Below are positions 20,023 through 31,900 of a DNA stretch of 64,000 bases, one piece after another. Made by a program: the position numbers and the translations under genes. The DNA lies in IMG/VR virus record IMGVR_UViG_3300031953_000004, positions 18,433 to 82,432 of that record, one strand, 5' to 3'. Within the stretch, counting starts at the first letter, position 1. Each line of letters starts with the position of its first letter. The notes under the pieces were generated by a model, which was not told where the DNA came from, did no database searches, and worked only from the letters and a program-made list of their open reading frames with translations. This stretch comes from a virus (lineage: Duplodnaviria > Caudoviricetes).

Positions 20023-20846
20023 ATTTAGGTCAACAAGCCGCAAGAACAATGGGGGCAGAAGGTTTAACTTCGTTTAATACAGATCCTCAAATAAAGAAGA
20101 ATATGAGCATTGATGAAATTTATAATTCTAAAGATGAGAACGGAGTGTACAACACTCCTGAAAATTTGGATTATGAAAAAGATTGGACCAAAAACTGGTA
20201 TAATGACCCCAAGACAAAAGAAAGGCTTGTTAAAAATGTCGGTATGGTTGAAGATGATTCAATGCTTACAAAAGGATTAAATACGCTTATAAGGCCATTG
20301 CTTAGTGAAGATGGAAGACGAGAAGATATTGCCAGTACATACCAGCAAGAAGCTGTAAATAAAATTGACAAAACAAGGGCTTTATATGGATTAAATGTCA
20401 CTGAGGCTTACTCTAATTCATCTGATCTATATCAACAACAGCGAAAAATCACTGGACTTGGACTAGATCCAGAAAATAACATGGGGATGTGGGATCCATC
20501 TAACGATGTTATTTCTGTCAATGAGAAATATGGTGAAGATGAAGCTCGGGTTACGGCAGTTCACGAATACACGCATGCAACCGGTTTAGATTCTCTTATG
20601 ACACCTATGGTTCCGGATAGTAAATTCCAAAGCAAAAGGGAGGTATATCCAAGGATAATGCAGATGAGGTATTTAGGAGGTTTGAAACCAGGAGAAAAAG
20701 TAACCCCTGAAAAATTATTGGAAATTAAAATGAAATCTAATAATGAAGAGGAATTTTTTAGAAGTTTCTCAAATGAACAGATAATAGAAATGATGAATAC
20801 TATGGCCAGCAATAATAACTCAAATTCCTCTAAAGGACTTGTTTAA
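20019..20846 (+). CDS. Zincin-like metallopeptidase
   Basis: VTAVHEYTHATG (HExxH at 20562-20576) and downstream REVYPRIMQMR. Confidence 0.75.
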   Translation: MNLGQQAARTMGAEGLTSFNTDPQIKKNMSIDEIYNSKDENGVYNTPENLDYEKDWTKNWYNDPKTKERLVKNVGMVEDDSMLTKGLNTLIRPLLSEDGRREDIASTYQQEAVNKIDKTRALYGLNVTEAYSNSSDLYQQQRKITGLGLDPENNMGMWDPSNDVISVNEKYGEDEARVTAVHEYTHATGLDSLMTPMVPDSKFQSKREVYPRIMQMRYLGGLKPGEKVTPEKLLEIKMKSNNEEEFFRSFSNEQIIEMMNTMASNNNSNSSKGLV

Positions 20847-20857
20847 CTTTACATACT

Positions 20858-22957
20858 ATGAGTAACCCCCTAATTGGATTAACAGGAAGCGTCAACGACA
20901 GAGATCAGGCGTATCGTGATATTGCACAGACCGAGAGCCTGTACGGTATGATGGAACAAAAGAAGCAGGCAGAGATGCAGTCTCAACAAATGGAAGCAGC
21001 AGCTTTCGATGAGATGTATAAAAGTACTGATCAGCTTTTGGAGAAAGACCGCAAGCGAATCAACAAGAAGATCTTGTTATCCCAAAATCAGCTCCGTGAC
21101 CAAATAGGGGAAGCTGGTGGTTCCCGAAAAGACTTCTTTGAGAAAGGAGGTATTTCCGCATTGAACAATATCAAGAACAGCATCATTCGCTCCGATGAGA
21201 ATATCCGGTACCAGGAGAATAAGAAAAACCTGACCAATATCCGGTTAGCGGAGAAGGATGGACTTGGTGCTCGATTGATACCAAAGGACAGGCAATCGGT
21301 GGAGGACTACTACAACAATCCCGATGGTGCTACCATTACCTATTCAGGAATGATGAGCGATGTGGAGATACCACCTTCCAATGCTTTCAATGTCGGTACT
21401 CAAATACATCCTGAATATGTCGCTTCTTATAAAGGGAATATGACCAAGATATTGGGAAACTATCAAATGATGTATCCAGAAAGGATAGTTCCTGACCCCC
21501 TCACAAGGGATGGACTGGACGTAATAAATAGATATGTCACACAGATGGGATGGGGTGGAGTAGGAACAAGAGAACCTAGAGTTCCAAAAACTACTACAGG
21601 AAGCACTACGGATAAGAGAACTGCTGCACAAAGGGATATGGAAGACAAGGTTACTTATAACAATAACTATCGTACCTGGATCAGCGACACTGGACAGCAG
21701 AGTGTGGATGATGTTGTAAGTGCCGAGAAAGAAGGTGGCTTTATCGGGAAACGTAAAAAAGGAGATGCTGAGAACGGAATCCCTTCCGATAAAATGACCA
21801 CTGCAATGGCTCGTAAGAAAAGCGATCTTATTGTAGAAGACAACGGACTAAATAAAGATGGTTTTGAAGCAATCGACCTTGTTCTATGGCCTTGGGTAAG
21901 GGATGCTTGGTCTGATATAGCTGATAGCCAAGTACAACTGAAAGATAGTTATAATGTTTATGAAGCCAATACGGGAGCTGTTGTAAAAGCAGTCCTCAGC
22001 AGTGAAGAAGAAAATGGTTTTGGATATAAAATGGACGGTAGATATGTCCTTGATTATGAACCAAAAGGAGATGTATATACTTCCAGAGGAATCAGGGTAG
22101 GAAGTACCAAGCTGGACGATGAATACAAAGGGAAGTATGAAGTACTTGGAGTTAAGACTGCTTGGGAAATGACTGCCGGAGATGGGAATGATCCAGACAA
22201 GTCTGCTTTAATGATAAACGTTATGCAAGGCGGAGGTATTAGGGGAACTGATGGAACCGTAGATCAAAAGGCTACTGATAAGATAGATGCTGGTTACAAA
22301 GGAGATAATCCTGGTGGAACAGCGAAACTTGCTACGGTGATTGCTTTGAAGAATGAAAATGGAGATACGTTCTACCACAAAATAGATCTTGATGATGATG
22401 CTTTAAACACCAAGCTTTCTGGTATGATGGCAGAGAACAATGATCTTACTGAAACGGTGCAACTTGACAGAACCACTCAGGAAAGACAACAAGCTGCATC
22501 CAAAATGAACCAACAAGAACGGGTGGCCCTTGAAACAGGCAAGAAAGAAACAGCAGAGATCTTTGCCGGACAAGAAAGCGATTTCGGTTTTGAGATGGAA
22601 GGATATCAGGGAGCAAACAGCGGAGGTCAGAAAAACAGGGATAAGCTGGCGAAGTCATTCTATCTTGCCAATGATTATGCCCAACGGGAATTAGAGGATC
22701 CTGAACAAGACCCTAAAAATTGGTATGTAGATAAAAATGACGTGGCTTCTGATGTAAAATCCAAAGGATTTACAGAAGAAGTTGGCAAAGCTCAGGGAAT
22801 GAACGAAAAACTTCATGACTATGAGAACTACAACAATGAGCAACTTGTTCAAGCGTGGTACGAAGAGGTTCAGGCAGGTCTTGAACCAGAATCACAGGAA
22901 TACAGGGTCAATAAGCATATAGCAGACAGATGGAAACAGTTCCTTCAAAATTATTAA
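20858..22957 (+). CDS. Internal virion / RNAP-locus protein
   Basis: 699 aa, coiled N-terminus; lies between the ejection genes and the vRNAP, like the crAss-like RNAP-associated genes. Confidence 0.6.
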   Translation: MSNPLIGLTGSVNDRDQAYRDIAQTESLYGMMEQKKQAEMQSQQMEAAAFDEMYKSTDQLLEKDRKRINKKILLSQNQLRDQIGEAGGSRKDFFEKGGISALNNIKNSIIRSDENIRYQENKKNLTNIRLAEKDGLGARLIPKDRQSVEDYYNNPDGATITYSGMMSDVEIPPSNAFNVGTQIHPEYVASYKGNMTKILGNYQMMYPERIVPDPLTRDGLDVINRYVTQMGWGGVGTREPRVPKTTTGSTTDKRTAAQRDMEDKVTYNNNYRTWISDTGQQSVDDVVSAEKEGGFIGKRKKGDAENGIPSDKMTTAMARKKSDLIVEDNGLNKDGFEAIDLVLWPWVRDAWSDIADSQVQLKDSYNVYEANTGAVVKAVLSSEEENGFGYKMDGRYVLDYEPKGDVYTSRGIRVGSTKLDDEYKGKYEVLGVKTAWEMTAGDGNDPDKSALMINVMQGGGIRGTDGTVDQKATDKIDAGYKGDNPGGTAKLATVIALKNENGDTFYHKIDLDDDALNTKLSGMMAENNDLTETVQLDRTTQERQQAASKMNQQERVALETGKKETAEIFAGQESDFGFEMEGYQGANSGGQKNRDKLAKSFYLANDYAQRELEDPEQDPKNWYVDKNDVASDVKSKGFTEEVGKAQGMNEKLHDYENYNNEQLVQAWYEEVQAGLEPESQEYRVNKHIADRWKQFLQNY

Positions 22958-22979
22958 TCATACTATATCCCAACCAATT

Positions 22980-25900
22980 ATGTCAAATATATTAGATCGT
23001 CGTAAAGCAAGAATCAAAGGAGAAGAAGAACCACAACAAATCCCGGAAGGACAGCCTGATCAATTTGAGGCTATAAGCCAGGGACGTACCCCCGACTACG
23101 GGGATATGGATCCTGAGAAGAAACGTAAAGCTGCTGAGGAAGCCCAGAACCCTTCACGTATTGATACGCCTTTGAATGTTCCACAAGGACAGGAGCAGGA
23201 ACAGGCAGCACAGCGTAATATGGTTGCCGGTCAACAAGTAGGTGGAATGGGTGTTGAGAACTCCCGAGATGTACAGGGCGATCCTACCTCGTGGTCACCT
23301 GAATACACTATGCGGAGTTTTGCTGATGAAACAGCCAACAGTTTCCTATATGGTGCTTTTGGACAGGTCGTTCATGATGTGGGAGGTATAGCACAGCTTT
23401 TAGGGGCAGCGATTCCCGGTTCTGCTATGGGAACTCTCAAAGATGGGAATTGGATTTCTAATACATTGCAAGAGATAGGTCAGGATAATATGGATGATTA
23501 CCAAGCATATATCCCGGAGGAATTAAAAAATGGAAAATTTGGTTGGGCAGATGTTATTAATCCTAAATTCTATTCCGTTGATATCGCCCGTCAGATACCA
23601 GGAATGATTGCTTATATCAAAGCGGCTAAATACGCTGGAGGTATATCCAGAGGGATATTAGGGCAGATAGCAAAAAGAACCCCAGGCACTATTCTTGGAG
23701 GTACAAGAACAGCTACTGCTATGGGCAAAGAAGTCTATGGTTCTGGTGCTGGCCTGTTAGGGAAGCTTGCTACCGATACAGGTCTTACAGGAGCAGGGGA
23801 AACCGTAGCCGGTATCTTAGGAGCTGGTTTAGCTTCAAATCTTATAGCGGGTATGTTACAAGCATCGCAGCTTGTCAATGAACATAAGAACGATAAAATA
23901 GGAGATACCGATGAGCTGATGTTCAACGAGGATGAACTCGGGGAAATGGCATCCAATACAATGAAGAACAACGCTGCTTATCTGGCAGTTGATATGTTAT
24001 CGTGGGGAATCACCTACGGGGGAGTAGGAAAGCTGCTTAAAGGTAAGAACGCCCTTAGGGGTGGTAGGATGTACAACAAGGCAGAACGTCTTGGTATCTC
24101 AGGAAAAATGGCACGTATGGAGCTTGCCCCGTTGTTAAAGAAAACACTTATCGGAAGTAAAAATTTTGCAGGAAAAACAGCATTTGAAGGTTTGGAAGAA
24201 TCTGTACAGGAAACTTGGGAGGAATGGGCATCACAGAAAGCGTATGCAGAAGCTACCGGGGATCCGGAGAAGCTACTGGATCCACAAGGGTTTTATGATT
24301 ACTATACCTCACCAGGGAACAGGAAAACGATTGCTGTTTCTGCTATTCTGGGTGGTGTTGGTGCCAACCTAATGGGTGGAACCGGGTCAAGTGCCTTGTT
24401 GAACAAGAAAGCGGAAGAACACTATCAACTGCATAACAGGAAAGAAAACCTATCCACGATAATGCAACACGCTACCGAAGCGGAAAAGACGTGGACAGCG
24501 TTCCACAGAAGAGATCAGCTTACTGATATTGCTATTGATGATAACATACCGGCTGAACGAAAACAGGAATTGTTTGATGGGTTCCTTGAAAAACAAATCA
24601 AGGAAGGTACCATCGATGAAAAACAGGTGGCACAGCTTGAAGAGATGTTTACTCAGGCTATCGATATCAAAGAAAAAGGAGAAGCATTAAACATCAAAGG
24701 CCTTAGGGCATTGGTGCAATCAAACAGCGATGTGGCGTACTTCGATGATCTAATGATCCAGTATAAGGAGGAAGCTGCCAAACAAACGGCTATCATCAGC
24801 GAGGCTGCTGCGGAAACAGGAGCAAATGTAGTACCACGTCTTGAAGGAATCCAAAAGAAGCTTGACGAGAACTTAAGGAATGCTGCTGCTTTAAAAGCTT
24901 ATTCCATAGAGCAACGTACCAACCTATTGCTTGGTAAGAAAGCTAATCCATTAAAATTAAAAGTGGAGAAGGATGAGTATGGCAACGAGATCGTAACCGG
25001 GGGATTGTCCACACAAGACTACAATCAATTTACCAAAGATGGTGAGGTCAAACCGGGGAGCAAGAACTTCGTAGACTTCAAGAGCCTTACAAAAAAAGGG
25101 AAAGAAGCTGTTGGAGGGATTGTCGATTTTTTTAAGTCAGGAAAGAAGGAAGAAACAACCGAAGACGGCAAGCCTAAGAAATCGGAAACCGATACTTTCT
25201 GGGATGGTGTTCCAGAGGTAGAAGTTACTAAGGAAGATTTTGAGAATTTCCAGAATTCAAAAGATGGGGAGATATCTGATGATATCCTGAAAAGCATTGC
25301 CAAGAAGATGTCCGGTAAATCCAAAAACAATACTATAAGTAAACAGGAACGGGATATATATAATGCCAAAAGTGCTGAGGTGGAGAACTTCATAAAAGAG
25401 TTCAAAGCCGCTGATGATACCGCTATTGCGAATGATGCTAAAAATTCCAAGGACAAGCCCAAAGACAAACCTAAACCGCCTAAGGATGGAAAAGAACCCG
25501 GAAAGACTGAGGATGATGAAAACGAAGATGTGGATGATGATCCAGATCCAGAGAATTCAGACTCAGAGAACGCCTTTACCAAAGCAGAGCGAAATGCCAA
25601 AAGCATCTTCGGGAAGGTCAAGGGATTTGTAAAGGATTCTGTTTCCGGTGCAAGGAACGCTATCAATAACCAGGGCCTTGATACTGATGTCGCAAAGGGA
25701 GAAGCCAAGAAGTACTTCAAGAAGATGTCGGACTTCTTTAAAGATACCAAAGGGATCCAATCGGGAATGAAAGCCAAGGCACAGAAGATCCTGACTGATG
25801 TGAAAGCATTGTTGGATCAGGATGGAGAGTTGACCACGAAGGTCAAAGCACAGCTTAAAGCGAAGATGTCAGACTTATCGAACCTTGCTAACACGCAGAT

Positions 25901-28900
25901 GAAATCGGAAACCCTGAGCGATCAGAAAGCCCGGGAGGATGAGGAAGGTTCTACAGATTATAAAGCAGATAAGAATGCTATAAAGGATGCTGCCGATGAA
26001 GCCAAGGCAGAGGTTAAAGAGGATGCCCCTGTGGGCAAGGACGCCCGTGCTATGGACTTTATTAAGGGCAAGGTCAATCAGGTCAAGAACATACAGATGG
26101 TCCGGCAGAACCTCGCAGATGCAGCCTTCTTTAAGAACCTTCGCGAGCGTATCAAGAACTTTGACGGGGATAGCAAATCAACAGATGCCATCTCACAAAA
26201 TGAGATAGACAACTACCTCAACAAAAGGAGCACGATCAACATCTATGGTCCTTCCGATGTCGATAAGATGAGCGCGGTGAACCACGCACTTAAAAACATC
26301 TTTCCGGAAGTGGATGAGGTAGAACACAATGGAAAGAAAGCAGGTGCGCCAGTTCGTGCTTTGATAGCAAAGAACCTTTTTGATGTGGTCGGTTCGCAAG
26401 GACTTGGATATTCCCTTGCCTCTACGATCTTTATCGACAGTAAAGCCTGGGATCAAGATTGGGTATATATGCATGAGCTATCCCATATCTTCTTCAAGCT
26501 TGGGATGCAACAGTCTGAAACGAAACAGGCCGCAAGGGAGTATATGAAGAACCAACCACTGGTAGATCAGATCATGAAGACCTACCACGATATGGTTATT
26601 TACAACATCAAAGGCGAGGATGGGAAGCTTGCCCCTATGACCAAGAAGTCAGCGGTGGCAACTATTATGAAAAGGGAGAATGTTCCTTCCAGTATCGCTT
26701 TACAAGCGTTCAACCACGAGGTAGAGAACAAGAACATCCTTCAAGCTCCAATGAACGAGCAAGGATATATCATCGAGGAAGTATTCACCCATTCCCTTCA
26801 AGGGCCTTTGTCCGAGAACTACGGGAAGATGTTCGACATCAAGAACGAACCGGTACGTCAGAAGTACACCAAAAGCTGGTGGGGTGCTATCCGCACACGT
26901 TCAGAAGAGAACTACGGAGAAAGCAACGTCAAGCAATTATTGCGCACCTTGGATGGTCGAGAACCTCTTCCAGGGGAAACCCAAAAAGATTTTATCCTTG
27001 CTGCTTTTTCAGCGGTGGCTAAAGGTGCCGCATTGGATATTCAGGGAATGGATGCGAGGGTAACGGAGATCGATATGGAATACGAAGCAGAAATTGAAGA
27101 TATCAATGAACGAGTGAGAAAATCTTTTAAGCACGATATGGAGGCTATCTCTATGATGGATGAAAAGGAGCTTGCCGATATGTGGGAGGATGCGGAGATC
27201 GGTCTTGAAGAGAACGGGAACGCTTTCTTTAATACGGCTTACAACAAACACGCACAGAAGGCTACCAAGATGCTTCATAGGTTTGGGATCGTGTACCAGA
27301 AATCCCTAAGGCAATCCTTTGCCAAAAAGAATGTAGGCACAGAGAAGCCTGGGGATTGGAAGAAACGCCCGGAGTTTGACAGGGATCTTTTTGAATCCCA
27401 CATCTTCGAGCTTGCAAAGGAAAATGATAGAAGTGCTTTTATTCGCCATATAGAAAACTCTGCTTTGGAAGAAGTACAGGCGTTCAACAGGTATATGGAG
27501 CACGTATATCCCGAAACCAAGATGCAGCTGCTGAACTCGATGTTTTATGTAATGAGCAATGCACGTCATATCTCAGGGCTTACAACAGTCCTTACCAACA
27601 AGGGGGATATTGAGATGTATGATTCTATGAGCAATACAGAATCCGCACAATCACAAAATATACTTGAAAAGCTTGGAAAGAAATTCAAAGGGGATGCTGC
27701 TGACCTGGTGGAGATAGAACAGCTGAGGGCTGCGGTGAAGAGGATCTATGCAATGAAGGCTGAGGATGGAGATTTCGTAACGGTACTCCGGGCCTATAGT
27801 GGGCCGAGCATACGTGTAGGGAAGATACTCAACGAAGGTTCCCTGGTTTATAAAGGGAACAGGATGCCTATTGAATCGGTTATCACGGGATTGGTACGCC
27901 GTGGAGAATTCTTTTTTGAAACAAAAGGAGTAAAAAATCCTAATACGTTGAGCACCTATGGTGGGAAGTTTCTTGCGGAAGCGATCGTGAACACCAACAG
28001 GAAATTCACCCCTTATAGCACGATCAAGAATGCACAGGGGAATATGGAGTCTGTTCGTATCACCAATAACAACATCACCAATGAGGTGGATGATATGATC
28101 GATTTCCTCTCAGGAAAAATGAAAGGGAAGAAGCCTACCAAGGAAGAGTTTTTGAAGCGCTACTCTCACGAGAATTATAAGCTTCAATCAAAGAAGGGAC
28201 CAAACCATAACCAGAACCACAACAGGCTACTGGAATTTATGTATGACAATTACCAGAAGGGTATTATGCCTACGGTATCTCAGGACCACGGTCTTCAGGA
28301 TGATAAGAACGATAAGGGTTCCGTGTACAAGGGAAGTTCTGATGTAGAACAACGGATGAAAGACTTCCTAATGTTCGTCAAGAGCTCACGTAGTCCTGGA
28401 AGGAAAAACCCTAACAAGACCTATATCGGACAGATAGGGGCCTTTGCAGATTCCCCAAGGAAGTTCCTTATGAACATGCCACGTATCGCCTTTGAAGAAG
28501 TATTCAATCCCGATAGGAGTTTGAAGAATGATGGTAAGGTTCTGGGCAGCGTGTACAACTTGCACCAACAGCTTTTTAACGATGATCTCTCCAAGAGTAG
28601 AAAGAAGTTCAACCAATCCCTCAGGGATGCTATAAACGCACAGGTGGCCTTTGTGAACGATAATGCGAAAGCGTTTGGAGACATCAAAACGATGCAAGAC
28701 TATTTTGAGAATGGGAAGCTGACCAAGGAAGGTGAGAACCTGATCGCTGAATATGAAGTCAACAGTTCTATCAACGGGTATAATATCGTCGATGCCTTCT
28801 TACCGGGAGTGAAAGGAGATAGCGTAACCAAGCGATTGAAAATGAACGGTTCCCCGATCTATGGATTTAAGAACCCTAATTTAAAGATTGAATGGTTGTC

Positions 28901-31900
28901 CTTTGCCGATGAGATCATCAACGGTAGTATTGCCGGAACGGACTCAGGACAATATATCCTTGAAAAACACGCTATAAAAATTCAAAACGCAGGTAAAGGA
29001 GTCTTTGAGATCAAGGATGGTATCAAGATCCTCAACGGACATATTGAAAAGGACAATGCCGCTTTTAAAGGTAAGAGTGCCTACCTGAAAGGGTTCACTA
29101 CGATCGTGGATGAAAACCACCCATTGTATCCTGCAATGAATATGAGGGTAGAGAAGTATGAGAAATGGTATGCAAAGCAACCGGGTAATGAAGGGAAACT
29201 TCCTTCCAATGACCTTGGGGATGGTTCCTTGAACCATATCCTTATTGCTTCTCCACAATCGGCAGATAAATCTGGTTTCTTTCCCAAGTTTCAGAAAGAT
29301 ACCGATGGAGTGGTGTCTTCTATTTCTGAGGTAAAAGTAAAATTCAGAGGGAAAGATTTTAACCTGGACGGAGCGATGCTTCAACCGGAGGCGTTAAGGC
29401 TGAACCCTGAGTACATAAATGATCTGATGGATGCGATGTACTATACCGAAGGAGGAGAGTTTATAGGAATCAGCTCACAGAACTTCGGACCTCAACAGGT
29501 AATGAACGGGATAGAGAACTATTCCGGTACACCGGTGCAGTTGGTGAATAATGTTCTTGTCGGTGCTGCTGCTTCTATTGGAGGTATGGATAAGGCTTTA
29601 GAAATACAAGATCTTATTTCTGAGCAGAAATGGGAGATGCTGAAAGGCACACTTAAAAAGCTTGAAAGCCACAACCCTGTGGCATACAAGAAACTGCTGC
29701 TCGATGGTTTAAATAAGGAGGATATGAACCAAGGACAAAGGATCCTGATTGAAGAAGGTGGCTCTATAGCTGCCCCTTACAATACAGAGATTTTGGTGAA
29801 CCAACTTTCTAAGATGATCCGCAGGAAAGGGAACAAGTTGCAAACCCCAGGTTCTTTGTCACAACAGAAACCTGACATATCTTACAACGTTAAGAAAGGT
29901 GGAGTGTTTACAAGTAAAAAGCTAAAGAACTATCAAAGGAATGCTGATGGCACCAACAGTCCTATGGAGATGGTAGCCCCTAACAATATGGAAGGGAAGT
30001 ATCATAAGCGAGAAGCATTGACTATTTATAATGCCAAGCACGCCATTGAAACCAGGATGAAAGGGTGGAGCAATAAAAAGCAAAGTCAGTCAGGGGAATA
30101 CGATGAAATGAAAGCCCTAAAAGATGCTGCGATAGATATGGCTCGTAAACGATATGGAGTAAATGAGAAAGATGCTTTGAAACATATCGGTATCGAAAAG
30201 AACGATGCTGGTGTTCAGATAGGATGGCACGTGAAAGGGGATATTGTGATAGCCACAAGGGTTCCTTCAAGCAAGCCTGGTGATACAGGTGTCTTTGAAA
30301 TCATAGATTTTGACCAGAATAAAAAAGCGAACCAAGTAGTGGTTCCATTAGAGTTTAACGAATATACCGGTGGAGATTTTGATGGGGATTCGTTGTTTAT
30401 TCAGGCGAAAGGAAAAGGTGATCAGGCTAAGACCTATGCCAAATGGAATCAGGCAATGGACAAGATTATTGACCTGTGGCTCTCTGCGGATATGAACGAT
30501 CAGATCAAGGCGAAGATGGTATTTGAGAAGGAAACACAAGCGATCATAGATAAGATCGAGATTGACTTCCCTAAGGCCACCCGGAAACCTTTTCCGTTCT
30601 CTTCGGAGTACAGGGCTAAAGAGTATAATAACACTATGGTTTCCAAGCGGTCTGTAGGGATCGTATTCAATATCCACAAGATCGCCAATATGCTGGCTGC
30701 TTATGAGATCCCTATGAAGACAGGGAAGTCCGTGAAAATCGGTGGAAGGGAGTTTCAGAAATTTCAGGATATTGAAAAAGGAGAAGCTTCAAGGAACCAC
30801 CGTTCCGCTATCCTTGCCAACATTATCCTGGATAACGCTGCGCACGGTTTTGCGGATTCTTTAGGATTGAACGAGCATAATATATCCTTTGCTTCGGTAC
30901 TGGTGAATATGGGCGTTTCTCTGGAAGATATGGGAAGGTTATTGAACTCGGAAGCTGCACAGCTTTGGGCGAAGCATAACCGGTATAACAAGAGTTTATT
31001 CCACGAGACGACTTCAAGGGAGAAGATCGTAAAGGCTATTTACGATGAGCTTGGTGTAACCGACAGGCCCTCTGCGGATAAGATCAACGTGAACCCTAAG
31101 AACGCCAAGGAACGTTCTGAACAGGCGAATATCGTTGCTTTGTTCGAGATGCTATCCGATATTAACTCGGAGATACAATCCGTTTCAGGAATGATGAGTG
31201 GTCATAATAAGATCCACGTCAACCCCTTGGTGCTGAACGACCAGTTGGAGAAGTATGAGAAAGCAATCAGGAACAATAATGATAACCAGGTGCTGAACTT
31301 CTCTCCGGAATTCAGGAACAATCCTGACCTGAAGAACTATGAGCGTGTAGCAAGGGCGACCTTGGAACATACACAAGTGCTTCATCCTGTTTACAGGGAT
31401 GCCACCAATGAGATGCTTGCAGACTTCCAGAAGCAGATAGGTGGTGATCTTTCGGAATCGCAGATAGAGGAGATCTCCCGCGATATCCTTTCGTGGAACG
31501 CTTCAAGATTATTGGGATATAACAATACCAATAAACAAGAGCTTGCCGATATTATGAGTACCGATGTGAACAACAAGAAATCGGTATTCTATAAACTCGG
31601 ATTGTATATGGACCAGATGAACAAGCTTGATTTTGACAAGAGCTTATTACTAACCAAGGCTCTTAAAGTGAACCTCAACCACAAGTATGAAAAAGGAATG
31701 GGGATATGGGCCAATGCCGATATGGTCAACGAGAGTTTCAATCCGGTGGAAAGGGCACAGGTACAAAGGGAATTTGATGAGATGCCTATCGACCTGCAGA
31801 AAGCCCTGATTGTTTACGATTTGGCTCAACGTGGATGGAAGGGGTATAATTCCATCGTGCCTTTCTTTGGGAAGGAAACTATTGCAGATATCAACCTCGC

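Noticed and set aside
25025-25777. 250-aa minus-strand ORF
   Set aside because: Ser/Phe/Leu-rich mirror of the Lys/Glu/Asp-rich vRNAP linker
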